DNA of 30,150 nucleotides, from IMG/VR virus record IMGVR_UViG_3300014208_001418. One strand, written 5' to 3'. Source of the stretch: a virus. Shown here piece by piece: positions 8,871 to 18,524 of this stretch. Made by a program: the position numbers and the translations under genes. Under the pieces are notes generated by a model. That model was not told the DNA's origin, searched no databases, and was given only the letters and a program-made list of their open reading frames with translations. Every line of letters starts with the position of its first letter. The first letter of the stretch is position 1.

Positions 8871-9111
8871 TAATAGCTTTTCTTTTTTTCGTTTTCAATT
8901 ATAACAGTAAAAACTTCATAGCATATCGATTTTCACCTTATTCTTCTTTTACAACAAATCTCCTTTCACTGCTTATGTCAATCGTCCAATTTTTTCATCA
9001 CAGCGCATATTGAAATCCAAAAACTACACCATCTTCCTCAAAAATCAGATAAGAAGACTTGCAATATAATATATTATAGAATACAGACGTAACCTCAAAG
9101 ATGCAAAAACT

Positions 9112-9140
9112 CTTATATACTATTAAGTAGTAGCAGTAGT
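9112..9140 (+). promoter_or_regulatory. TATA box + GTA-box promoter (copy 4)
   Basis: CTTATATAC-tatta-AGTAGTAGCAGTAGT. Confidence 0.7.
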
Positions 9141-9194
9141 CCTCAAAAACTCACACAGAATTCTCGAAGTGCCCAAAGAGAAAGAGTTTTTCCG

Positions 9195-9238
9195 TTAGTT
9201 CCCAGATAGTTCCCTAATAGTGCCTCAATAGCTTCTTT
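9195..9238 (+). repeat. Four degenerate 11-bp tandem repeats
   Basis: TTAGTTCCCAG / ATAGTTCCCTA / ATAGTGCCTCA / ATAGCTTCTTT. Confidence 0.55.
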
Positions 9239-9269
9239 ATAAACAACCATTTACGGAGTAGTTTAACCT

Positions 9270-12200
9270 TTGAATTATATTGACGATGATACAGAATCTC
9301 CATATGCGCCTACATCTCCCTTAGTTAAACTTAGCAATCTCCTCATAGACGATCATCGTAAAAACAACATAATGCAATATTACAACGCTCATCCTAACTA
9401 TTTACATGGAATAGCATCCTCCCTTTCCATGCTAAACTATTTCGAATCTCACAAAGATAAAACCTATAACGTCATCAAGACAACTCGTGCTGGATTCACA
9501 ACCAATTGTATCCTCTCTTCTCTCTATCTTAACAAACGTGTCCTCTTAGTAGCTCCCACAAACAAGATCCTATACGAAACTATCAGAGATGCATATAAAA
9601 TCTACAGAGACACTATAACTCACGATATGTCAAAAGTAATACGTCCCATCCCGAACAATAAAGACGGATGCTCTTGCGTAGTCAATGCCCTAAAAACAAA
9701 TCCTCAACTAGAAATCCTTCCTTACATCTCCTCTGATGATTGTGCCTCCTGTTCTTCCTCCTATAAAACTTTTCCTATAGGAATGCCTCAATTCGTTTTC
9801 ATGTCAAATCAAAGCACATGCGTAGTAAAAACAATGCTCGAAGAACACGAACAACAACGCTACGACAATCACCCTCCTGATGTTCTCACCATAACATACG
9901 ACAAGTTCTCCTCCCTATCTTCCAACGCCAAGGACACCCTATTCAAATCCCTTATTGATAAAGTCGACATCATAGTTTTTGATGAAATTGGTGATTACCT
10001 CTCCAAATCATTCAACGGCTTCGAATTCTTCACAGAAATAACTGATTGCTATAACAACATCACTAAGCAAGACTCCTCAATCCTAAAAGATTATTTCATC
10101 AACACGATTCCCCTCATAAAATCCCCCTCTTCCAAGAAAATCATAACCCATCTCCTAAAAACCTATATCTTTCCCTTCCTAGAAAAATCCCTCACTCCCG
10201 CCTCATCAGGCTCCTTTCCACGCCTTCTCCTAAACCCCCTAACTTTCGAACCCATATCCGATAGCGTAAAACTCGGTCCAGTTTCAAAACAGATGAGTGC
10301 ATCAAAACAAGTCATCCTATCCAAAAAATACCGTGAATATTACCAAGTCATAGAAGACCTAGCCATCGCAAAAGAACCTACAAAGCTCATCGAACTCTTA
10401 ATTCACTTTCTTGACCTCATGACTAAAAAACAATTCCTTCTATACGAGCAATCCACAACTCGTTATCACCCAACCCGTCAAACCTCCAAATCTCTCTTTA
10501 TCTCCAGTGCTAAAGACGAACTCGTATCCAACCTAAATAACTGGTCCTTACCCGATAAAACTATAATCTTCTCAGATGCTACAATGCCCTCCCATAACCT
10601 CCAGAACTATACAGCTCGCAAAATAAAGAACATCTTCTATGGCGATCCCGCTAAAAACAACAAATCCCTTCTCATGTTCCACGATCCCACTATTCCCCAC
10701 TTCTCCAAAACCCTTTACTTCAACAACGTTCCCTTTCGTAATCTACTTCTCTCCCGCATTGAAACCTTCCTCTCCCAAAATTATTATGGCAACGAAGTCA
10801 TATGGTGCCCATCCAAAGACATAGCAACAGATCTCTCCCTAACCCTAAATCGCATGAACATTCCGACCTGCACTCACCTCAATCCCGATCCCAACTCCGT
10901 TCTCATAACCTATTTCGGTTCCATATTCACTCGTGGAGTAAAATCCGAAAGACGCTTCCAAATAATCCTCGGCAAAGCCAACAAGCCCAAAAACTCCTTC
11001 AAGCACATCGCCTACATGCGAAGAGCAGACTGGGATTTCCTCTCTCCCCAAGACCTGAACCAACTCTCAGCAAAAGAAAACATCCCCTTCGAAGAATTCA
11101 AAGACCTCATAACCGACTTCAACCAAAACATAGCTATCCCCCTACGAAAAACAAATGACTTCTACAACGACTTAACCATCTTCAAAGACCTCCCTCCAAA
11201 CCTCACAACCTATTTCCAACACTTCTCCGATTCTATTCAAAAAGAAAAGACATATATGGATACTTGGCAAGCCGCCTCCAGAGCCAAAAATCCCACAGGC
11301 GAAACCCGATCTGTCAACGTCTGCATTGGCTGGACAGAATCTGACCTACACGAACTCCTTCAATGGGGTTCCAATACTTCCATCTCCTATTCTATCTCCA
11401 CTCATAAACGTCTCCTTAAAACCCAACGCAACTCTATACCAACCCCTCCCGTCATCTCCAATCCTGACATCTCCTTTATCCGTCACTGGCTATCAGGTTG
11501 CGAAATCCCCCAATCCTATATCGGTTTCAACGAATCCTTCTTAGCAGGTTTCCGTGAACTCATAATCGAAAAAGAACGCATAACCCTCGAAGAACTCTGG
11601 TCAGCTCTCCAGCACAACAACCTCGAATTCTCCCATTCCTCCGATACATTCAACAACGGCTATCTCATAGGTGCTGTCAATGCTCTCCTCTTTTACGATA
11701 TTGGAGACGATATCACAGTTGAAAAAGTAGTTGATTCCGATCCCACTTCCCTTATCTTCGAATACACTCCCTCCTCTCCCAAACCCCGTTCCAAAAGATT
11801 TTCAATAAACACCTCCGAATACCTAAACATACTTGAAGTCCTGCGAGCCATTCATCTCTTCTCTCCCAAAAATCCCACTGATCCAATAACCTATTCTGAC
11901 ATTCGTAATTTCATCTCCAAAAAGAAAATTCCTACTTCACTTCTCCACGAACTATGGGAAATCATCATATACCAAGATTTATTCGCAGGTTCAACATGGT
12001 TAATCCCCCTAGACACCGAGACAATCATAAAAACTACATCCCCCTCCCTAGAACAAAATCACCTAATATCCCAATCCCAATCCCTATTCTCAGGTGACGA
12101 ACATCTCTTAGTCGAACATATAATCAATTGGTATTACAACGAACCTCTCATCCACGAAATCGATGTATTTTCAATCTCTGACTCACATTCCTCCTTCTAC

Positions 12201-12341
12201 GTCAATTCCCACACTCATTCAATTCTATCCTCTCTCTTATCCTCCCCATCTTACCTCCATCTCCAAGAATACGGTCTGAACTGCGACATAGAAAAAGTCA
12301 ATAATAACATAATACTCACTCGAAACACAATCGTCTACTAA
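9270..12341 (+). CDS. Large divergent SF2-helicase-like protein with degenerate Walker A (possible replication or origin-binding protein)
   Basis: KTTRAGFTT (motif I-like, no Lys), LLVAPTNKIL (Ia), LTITYDK (Ib), IIVFDE (II), FSDAT (III), TRGV (V), QAASRAK (VI); TTG start with upstream GGAG. Confidence 0.6.
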   Translation: MNYIDDDTESPYAPTSPLVKLSNLLIDDHRKNNIMQYYNAHPNYLHGIASSLSMLNYFESHKDKTYNVIKTTRAGFTTNCILSSLYLNKRVLLVAPTNKILYETIRDAYKIYRDTITHDMSKVIRPIPNNKDGCSCVVNALKTNPQLEILPYISSDDCASCSSSYKTFPIGMPQFVFMSNQSTCVVKTMLEEHEQQRYDNHPPDVLTITYDKFSSLSSNAKDTLFKSLIDKVDIIVFDEIGDYLSKSFNGFEFFTEITDCYNNITKQDSSILKDYFINTIPLIKSPSSKKIITHLLKTYIFPFLEKSLTPASSGSFPRLLLNPLTFEPISDSVKLGPVSKQMSASKQVILSKKYREYYQVIEDLAIAKEPTKLIELLIHFLDLMTKKQFLLYEQSTTRYHPTRQTSKSLFISSAKDELVSNLNNWSLPDKTIIFSDATMPSHNLQNYTARKIKNIFYGDPAKNNKSLLMFHDPTIPHFSKTLYFNNVPFRNLLLSRIETFLSQNYYGNEVIWCPSKDIATDLSLTLNRMNIPTCTHLNPDPNSVLITYFGSIFTRGVKSERRFQIILGKANKPKNSFKHIAYMRRADWDFLSPQDLNQLSAKENIPFEEFKDLITDFNQNIAIPLRKTNDFYNDLTIFKDLPPNLTTYFQHFSDSIQKEKTYMDTWQAASRAKNPTGETRSVNVCIGWTESDLHELLQWGSNTSISYSISTHKRLLKTQRNSIPTPPVISNPDISFIRHWLSGCEIPQSYIGFNESFLAGFRELIIEKERITLEELWSALQHNNLEFSHSSDTFNNGYLIGAVNALLFYDIGDDITVEKVVDSDPTSLIFEYTPSSPKPRSKRFSINTSEYLNILEVLRAIHLFSPKNPTDPITYSDIRNFISKKKIPTSLLHELWEIIIYQDLFAGSTWLIPLDTETIIKTTSPSLEQNHLISQSQSLFSGDEHLLVEHIINWYYNEPLIHEIDVFSISDSHSSFYVNSHTHSILSSLLSSPSYLHLQEYGLNCDIEKVNNNIILTRNTIVY
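12257..12341 (+). repeat. 85-bp direct repeat, copy 1 (3' end of the helicase-like gene)
   Basis: 72/85 identical to 14022-14106, no gaps (counted by eye). Confidence 0.9.
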
Positions 12342-12363
12342 TTCCATTAACTAAAAAATAAAA

Positions 12364-12407
12364 AAGGACTGTTTATCCCTCTTTACCTTAAAGATAAAAC
12401 AGTCTTT
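12364..12407. terminator. Inverted repeat between convergent genes
   Basis: GACTGTTTATC ... GATAAAACAGTC with A/T-rich flanks. Confidence 0.5.
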
Positions 12408-12449
12408 CAGCTCTTTAAACTACATTAATTTTCCAATTATTCATCTTTA

Positions 12450-13802
12450 TCACACCACCTCTTGTAATACTACGTTATCTATAGTATATGTACTTCCATC
12501 TGTAGCTGTCCTAAGACTGAACATTAGTCTTCCATCGCTCATAGTTGTACTTGGAGTCACAAAATCAACGCTATGTGTTGTTTTTGTTCCTGTCGGAGTA
12601 AATCCGTGATCAGGCATATACACAGTAAATGGAGAAACATGTTTTATAAGTCTAACAGTTACATATTGCGGATTTGACGAATAAATATCAAATTTCAGAC
12701 GATATTTCTTATTCGCCTTTAAATTTATCGGAGTCTGATATACTTGATTCGCAATATTAGTTCCTGTTATCTGCATACTATATTCTCCATTAACTATTTT
12801 GGCAGATCCCGATCCATAAAACACCCATGGATATAATGATGTCGTAAATGCCGAATTCGAAACTAGATTCGATGTCGTAACAGGAGTCTGAGTCACTATA
12901 GGCGTAGGAGGTAATGCAATTAGTTGAGAGCTGTAAATCCTGATATAATCAATATCCATATAAGCAGGAAGAGTACTTGCGCTAGCACAATCAGGCCAAG
13001 TAGAACCGCAAGTTCCGCTCCATGCACCCATACCAATTTTCATCTTACTTACTTCCGAAGTTTTCCATGTTGATGTCTTTTTAACTTGTCCATCAATATA
13101 CCATGTTAATTTATCTCCTTCCCACTCAAACGCATATATATGAAAATCACTAGACCAATCCCCTGTCACTTTTGTAGTATCATACTGCACAGGCCGATTA
13201 TAAATTTGTATTAACCAATTTGTAGTAGGATTTCCACCATATGTTTCAGCCAATAGTATTTCAGGAGGCCAAACTCCATCTAGTCTATACAATCCAATAT
13301 ACCCATCAGTACCAAATCCTTTCGGCATTTTAGCTCTAACTTCCCATCTACCCTGTGTCAAACCTGAACATTTCGTATTCGGCTCATTATCAAGTCCTCC
13401 ACCAATATATTTTCTCCCAGTAGACGGATTCATAGCAATACCCAAATGAAGTTGACCATTACTTACTGTAGTCATACTTGACATAAATCTAGTATTTGAC
13501 GTAGCTCCATCCTGATCATAATTATTATACACTTTCCATTTAGTCTGATCAATAGGACCATTAAATTCTTCTCCACACAACAAAGTCCACTTAGATGTCG
13601 TCGGTGTAGAAGTCACTGTAGGAGTTATTACAGGAGTTACAGGATCATTTGTGCATCTCGATCCATCCCATACTGTTCCTGTAGCGCATGATGAAGCTGT
13701 CGGAACATTAATCACCAACAACCCTATCACTAATAGTAGCAATGTAGCTATAATCGATCTACTATTATTATTTACCGTATTTATAATTTCATTTCCAGAC
13801 AT
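12450..13802 (-). CDS. Secreted or membrane-anchored GH16-like glycoside hydrolase with C-terminal CBM4/9-like module
   Basis: Hydrophobic N-terminus, P/T linkers, EEFNG..KW, GRWEVRAKMP, WPPEILLAE, DFHIYAFEW, WYIDG, MDIDYIRIY; C-terminal NLVSNSAF..IDNVVL; ATG 13802 with AGGTGA RBS. Confidence 0.88.
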   Translation of the reverse strand: MSGNEIINTVNNNSRSIIATLLLLVIGLLVINVPTASSCATGTVWDGSRCTNDPVTPVITPTVTSTPTTSKWTLLCGEEFNGPIDQTKWKVYNNYDQDGATSNTRFMSSMTTVSNGQLHLGIAMNPSTGRKYIGGGLDNEPNTKCSGLTQGRWEVRAKMPKGFGTDGYIGLYRLDGVWPPEILLAETYGGNPTTNWLIQIYNRPVQYDTTKVTGDWSSDFHIYAFEWEGDKLTWYIDGQVKKTSTWKTSEVSKMKIGMGAWSGTCGSTWPDCASASTLPAYMDIDYIRIYSSQLIALPPTPIVTQTPVTTSNLVSNSAFTTSLYPWVFYGSGSAKIVNGEYSMQITGTNIANQVYQTPINLKANKKYRLKFDIYSSNPQYVTVRLIKHVSPFTVYMPDHGFTPTGTKTTHSVDFVTPSTTMSDGRLMFSLRTATDGSTYTIDNVVLQEVV

Positions 13803-14021
13803 TTTTATCACCTTTTTTTTGGTTTATCTATTATAGCCGAAAACCTTATCTGTCTCAACTATAGTATCCTTTAACTCCAAAAAAGCTTATATACTTTTGG
13901 TCAAATTTTTTATTTTCCCATTCCCATTTTCACACCCCAAAATTCCTATTATTTCTCTCTCCCTCTCCCTCGCCTCCCCATCTCCCACTTCTCCTCCCCC
14001 AACATCCTCCCCCTCTCCTCC

Positions 14022-14106
14022 CCATCTCCAAGAATACGGTCTGAACTGTGACATAGAAATACGCTCTGACAATATAATCCTCACTCGCACCACAATCGTC
14101 TATTAA
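14022..14106 (+). pseudogene. 85-bp direct repeat, copy 2: orphan 3' end of a homologue of the helicase-like gene
   Basis: HLQEYGLNCDIEIRSDNIILTRTTIVY* versus HLQEYGLNCDIEKVNNNIILTRNTIVY*. Confidence 0.8.
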
Positions 14107-14177
14107 AAATTCAATCAAAAAGACTTCTATACGATATGTTTATATCAAGCAACTCTTTATGTCTATTGTGATCAAAC

Positions 14178-14333
14178 ATGTTTTTTACAGACAAATCAGT
14201 CAAGGATGCACGAAAAAGAATAATAGCATTCAACAAAAGAAATCCAGATAAAAAATTAAATCCCAATTCAATCAAGTTAGTTGGCAAAAAAGATAAAGAC
14301 GGATATGGAACATATAGAGCAAAACTATTATGA
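14178..14333 (+). CDS. 51-aa basic microprotein (not in ORF track)
   Basis: MFFTDKSVKDARKRIIAFNKRNPDKKLNPNSIKLVGKKDKDGYGTYRAKLL; TTTATAT about 40 nt upstream and a GTGA RBS-like site. Confidence 0.5.
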   Translation: MFFTDKSVKDARKRIIAFNKRNPDKKLNPNSIKLVGKKDKDGYGTYRAKLL

Positions 14334-14493
14334 TTTCTTCGTCTTGACTGCAACCACGAGATCCTACAAATATCATAAAAAATTAAACTAGTAAACGTTA
14401 ACTGTGACAGCTCGGAAAGACGAGCACTTGCTTTTACTCATTTCTAACTATTTCAAACTAAAACTTTATATACCAAACCCTCATAATTCCCTT

Positions 14494-15105
14494 ATGAACA
14501 AATCCCTTATAGTGTTAATATTCCTAGCACTAACAATAGCTCCAGCAATAGCTTCAGCCGATCCGATCAATGAAACAAAAGCTATCTATAACCCAACTAT
14601 CCTTCCCGACTCCCCCCTATACAACATAAAAATCTCCCTCGAAAACTGGATGATCGATCATCAATATCTCCTACTTCCTGATAATAATCAAACAAGCATT
14701 TCTGCAAAGCGAGTAGCCTTTATCCAGCGTCGCATCATAGACACTCAGCGTATGATGAGTGGAAAAGTAGATATCCACGCAATAAATAACTCCATATCTC
14801 ACATGCAAATCGCTATAATGAAGCTTAATGGTTCCACAAACGATGAAATCAAATCCTTCCGCAACTCCCTCAAAATAATGACCAACAAGACTACCTCTCC
14901 TCAGCTCAAATCTCTCTTCAACAAAAATCGCATCGAACTCATCAAAAAACAACAGCAAATCCTCTCATCTGACTTAAACGAATCTGTAATCAACCTTCAA
15001 AATCCTCAAACCTTTGAAGTTTCCCAGCAACTCTCAAACAAAATAAAGTCCCATCAACAAGAACTCTACGACCTAGAAAACACAATGAGAACCCTTAACT
15101 CTTAA
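14494..15105 (+). CDS. Secreted helical protein, DUF5667-like
   Basis: Signal peptide MNKSLIVLIFLALTIAPAIASA; ILPDSPLYNIKISLE motif; TTTATATA about 30 nt upstream of ATG 14494. Confidence 0.65.
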   Translation: MNKSLIVLIFLALTIAPAIASADPINETKAIYNPTILPDSPLYNIKISLENWMIDHQYLLLPDNNQTSISAKRVAFIQRRIIDTQRMMSGKVDIHAINNSISHMQIAIMKLNGSTNDEIKSFRNSLKIMTNKTTSPQLKSLFNKNRIELIKKQQQILSSDLNESVINLQNPQTFEVSQQLSNKIKSHQQELYDLENTMRTLNS

Positions 15106-15260
15106 TCTATTTTTTCCTTTTTTTTATTCCTTATTTTTCTCATTTCAATCCTATTTCAATCCCATTTTAATCCTTTTTCATTTCTTCTCTATCACCTTTC
15201 TTAACATTTTTCTCTTCCAAAACTATATATACTACAAACTCATTATCTCATTCATTCATC

Positions 15261-18152
15261 ATGACAAAAACAGCACAAGACCTTGAAAAAGAGTACATCC
15301 TTGAGATCATAAACAGAGCAGGTCATCCCATAAAAGCAGGAGAAATTCAACAGCTCGGTGGTATGCATCTCAAAGAACTCACCAAAAATTCCCGCATCGA
15401 ATCAGGAAGTGCTGACCCCTCCGACCCCCAAAAAACCAAAGAACTTTATCGCCGTCAAATAAACCGCATCGGCTTCCAGCTCTGTGCCTCTTCCCTTCTC
15501 AAAGAAAAAGATTCTAAAACAGATCAAGGCTTAACAGGCACCTTTATCTCCATCAACGCCAATTACGTTCCTTCCTCATCCACATCCTCTCCCCCCCCCT
15601 CCTCTTCCACTCCCAAAAAATCCTCAACTACAATAAAACCATCTGTAAAAATATCTGACTCTTCAGATATAACAGATGAAATGATAACATCCTCCTATAA
15701 AGCAATACAAACTGGCGATCCTCAGGACCCTCTATACGTAAGTTCCTTATCCCAAAACGTAAATCAAGATGTAGCAAATGCTCTCAGTCAAAACGCAACT
15801 AAAGCTAGTGAAACAAGAAGTAGAATAATCAATAATTTAGGATTAAAACAAACATCATCTAGTATTAGTATAGTAGCAACTGCTACAAATGATTTCATAT
15901 CTAGATATTCTTCATCTGCTTCTCCCACCTCATCTCCTTTCACAGTCTCCGAGCAAGACATAGTAGATGCCTTCAATAACTATGGCACTAAAAGTAACTT
16001 TTCTACAGAGGAAGTGAGAGTAAAAGCACAAGGTTGGGGTGTGACTCAGTTTACTAATATCACAGATAAAATCCTTCTCGATAAAAACGTAGTCGGCAGT
16101 ACAGAAAATCGGGCCATAATAACCCAAGCAATCGAAAACTTCAAAAACAACACTTCTTCCTCAAAAGACCTGACTGATGCATCTCAAATCACAGATCAGG
16201 ACATCGTAGATGCTTATAATAGTTCAGGAAATAGAACCACTTTATCCATGGAGACGATAAGAGCTAAGGCTAAAACTTGGTCTAATATTACTATTGATAG
16301 TGTCGTAGAAAAAATCATATCTGACAAAGGTATAGATTCTACTGTAAGAAACATAAAGATAATACATCGAACAATTGATAATTTCGCAAATGACCTCTCC
16401 TCTTCCAACACAGGTGGCTTAGTCTTAACCGATCACACTGAAATAACAGATCAGATGATAATGAATGCTACCATTGACGAATTTAATCTATCTGCGTCAG
16501 CAAATACAAACTCAGTAAAGCAAGTATTACTGCAAGATCAAATGCACGACATCCCCATCATAAATATGATAATTCTGTCAAATGACATAGCAAATACCAA
16601 ACCCAATGCAAAAATAATCTTAACAGCTATTGACCTCTTCGCAGGAAGAGTAACTTCTGAGGCCCCAACTTCACCCGTTTTCTCCGATACCTCATTTCCA
16701 GTCTCCATAACTAAACCCAAAGACATCTCCGATTCCATGATAGAAACAGCCTTCAAAGATAACTGGAACTTTGAACCTCTATCATGGACTAAAAAACAAT
16801 ACGCTGCCACTATAATGAGTAATGATCATCTCTACTCAGACATTCTCAAATCCATCTTCAAGCTCTATAAATATCGCAAAACTCAAAAGAACACTGACAT
16901 AATCGCCTCAGCCATAATCGAATATGCCTCCCACGCAATTGAATTCGGAGATATCCTATCCGTAATCTCAATCATCGATCCCTCCATAAACACCCAACCC
17001 AAAGCCTCAAAATATATCATCGACCTATCTAACAATGACCAACCCGCCTTCGAAACCCTACTCCACAAACTCCTCAAATTCACTTCATTCCCACAAACTC
17101 AATCAAATAACTTCTCAGCCTCTTTTGCAATAGGCAGACTCGCTATCAGTTCAATGAAACCCTCTCCCTCCTCTTCCACATCCCAAACAACCTTATCCCA
17201 ACCTCCCACTCCCGCATCCGTTATAACCATTGATCCTCGTATAAAAGTCACTAATGACTTCATGACTAAACACCAAAACAACACCCTCTCCTCAGCAGGA
17301 AAAAACACCCTATACGAAATAACCACTTTAATCCCCCACCTCGATTCCCTAGTTCAGCATCTCCAGTCCTCCAAAGACTACTATGAACTCCACCACCTCC
17401 TCTCAGAGTTCACTCAAAACAATCAGCTCTCCCTAAATGATTGGAAATTAATTCAAGCCCACAAATCTACAGGGACCACCCAGCCCATCTCCCCAACCAA
17501 CCTTCCCATCTTCCAAAAACTCAAACTCGTAATCAATCGCCTCGACAAAATCCCCAACACCAATGAAAGAGCCCAGCTCATAAAACTCTTTAACAACTTC
17601 CCTTTAACCGATTCCGTATCTCACTCCCAAATATCCATCATAGACTCAAACTTCGCAAGACTCTCTAACCTCCCAACCTCTCCCCTTCCCTCAAAAGACC
17701 TTCTCTCCAAAAAGCTCTCCCTCCTTAATACTCTCCCCCTTTCAGACTCAGAAAAGCGCATCGTAACTCAATCTGAGACCCTCTTAAACGCTGACAAGCT
17801 CTCAATCCCTAACGAACTCATAATCGATAACATTCTTCGTTCTCACACATCTGACATTCCCCCTGAAATCCTAGAATACTCTCCCTCTCACATCTCTTTC
17901 GCCCCCATCATCTCTCTCCAAGAAAAACATCTTCGCAAGATCGCTTCCCATATCTCAATCGATTCCTCCTCTCGAATCTCCTCCCAGATCCGCGAAGTCT
18001 TCACATTCCAAGACGAAGACATAGAAAAACTCCATACCCAACTCCTCTCCCAACGGGACACCGAAGTCGATGAAGCCCTAATCTACATCTTCCACAGCGA
18101 CCTAATCGACCCAATAGTCCTCAAATTAATCAACAACTTATTAAAAAAATAA
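15261..18152 (+). CDS. Large hypothetical protein with wHTH-like N-terminus and 5-6 internal repeats of about 80 aa
   Basis: 963-aa ORF with upstream TATA box; recurring I(T/S)D..I..A ... T..N..II..AI..F units. Confidence 0.8.
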   Translation: MTKTAQDLEKEYILEIINRAGHPIKAGEIQQLGGMHLKELTKNSRIESGSADPSDPQKTKELYRRQINRIGFQLCASSLLKEKDSKTDQGLTGTFISINANYVPSSSTSSPPPSSSTPKKSSTTIKPSVKISDSSDITDEMITSSYKAIQTGDPQDPLYVSSLSQNVNQDVANALSQNATKASETRSRIINNLGLKQTSSSISIVATATNDFISRYSSSASPTSSPFTVSEQDIVDAFNNYGTKSNFSTEEVRVKAQGWGVTQFTNITDKILLDKNVVGSTENRAIITQAIENFKNNTSSSKDLTDASQITDQDIVDAYNSSGNRTTLSMETIRAKAKTWSNITIDSVVEKIISDKGIDSTVRNIKIIHRTIDNFANDLSSSNTGGLVLTDHTEITDQMIMNATIDEFNLSASANTNSVKQVLLQDQMHDIPIINMIILSNDIANTKPNAKIILTAIDLFAGRVTSEAPTSPVFSDTSFPVSITKPKDISDSMIETAFKDNWNFEPLSWTKKQYAATIMSNDHLYSDILKSIFKLYKYRKTQKNTDIIASAIIEYASHAIEFGDILSVISIIDPSINTQPKASKYIIDLSNNDQPAFETLLHKLLKFTSFPQTQSNNFSASFAIGRLAISSMKPSPSSSTSQTTLSQPPTPASVITIDPRIKVTNDFMTKHQNNTLSSAGKNTLYEITTLIPHLDSLVQHLQSSKDYYELHHLLSEFTQNNQLSLNDWKLIQAHKSTGTTQPISPTNLPIFQKLKLVINRLDKIPNTNERAQLIKLFNNFPLTDSVSHSQISIIDSNFARLSNLPTSPLPSKDLLSKKLSLLNTLPLSDSEKRIVTQSETLLNADKLSIPNELIIDNILRSHTSDIPPEILEYSPSHISFAPIISLQEKHLRKIASHISIDSSSRISSQIREVFTFQDEDIEKLHTQLLSQRDTEVDEALIYIFHSDLIDPIVLKLINNLLKK

Positions 18153-18167
18153 ACAGGTGATAAACAA

Positions 18168-18497
18168 ATGAATCGAACCCCAAAACCGAAAAAAATGTCA
18201 GCCGAGCTATTAAATCCTTCCAGACTCTATGACATAACAGTACACTCACCAAAACAAGGTGGATATAGTGCAGATATTATCGAAGGCAAAATCAAAACTG
18301 AATCCGGAATTTTTCTTACAACCTTTTATCGTGAAGGTAAATCATTCGGTGCAGAAATCTATACAGGTTCTAATTATATTGTAGGATCGAAAAAACGTTC
18401 ATGGTCTCGTAACTATCCTTCTCTTAGTGATCTCCCATATAAATGGAAGTTAGTTATTCTGAGATTGAAAGAAATTCATGACAAAACATCATTTTAA
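18168..18497 (+). CDS. Hypothetical protein
   Basis: RBS context AACAGGTGATAAACAAATG. Confidence 0.75.
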   Translation: MNRTPKPKKMSAELLNPSRLYDITVHSPKQGGYSADIIEGKIKTESGIFLTTFYREGKSFGAEIYTGSNYIVGSKKRSWSRNYPSLSDLPYKWKLVILRLKEIHDKTSF

Positions 18498-18524
18498 TAC
18501 ATAAATAAAAACAGGTGATAAACA

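Noticed and set aside
12257-14106. Repeat pair as DGR variable/template repeats
   Set aside because: The intergenic copy (would-be template) has no A at any of the 13 mismatches, many changes are synonymous, and no reverse transcriptase is in the window
13897-14106. 69-aa ORF as a real gene
   Set aside because: TTG start and low-complexity tract fused to the duplicated gene end; better explained as a remnant
14111-14353. 80-aa minus-strand ORF
   Set aside because: Shadow of a more plausible + strand 51-aa ORF that has promoter and RBS-like signals
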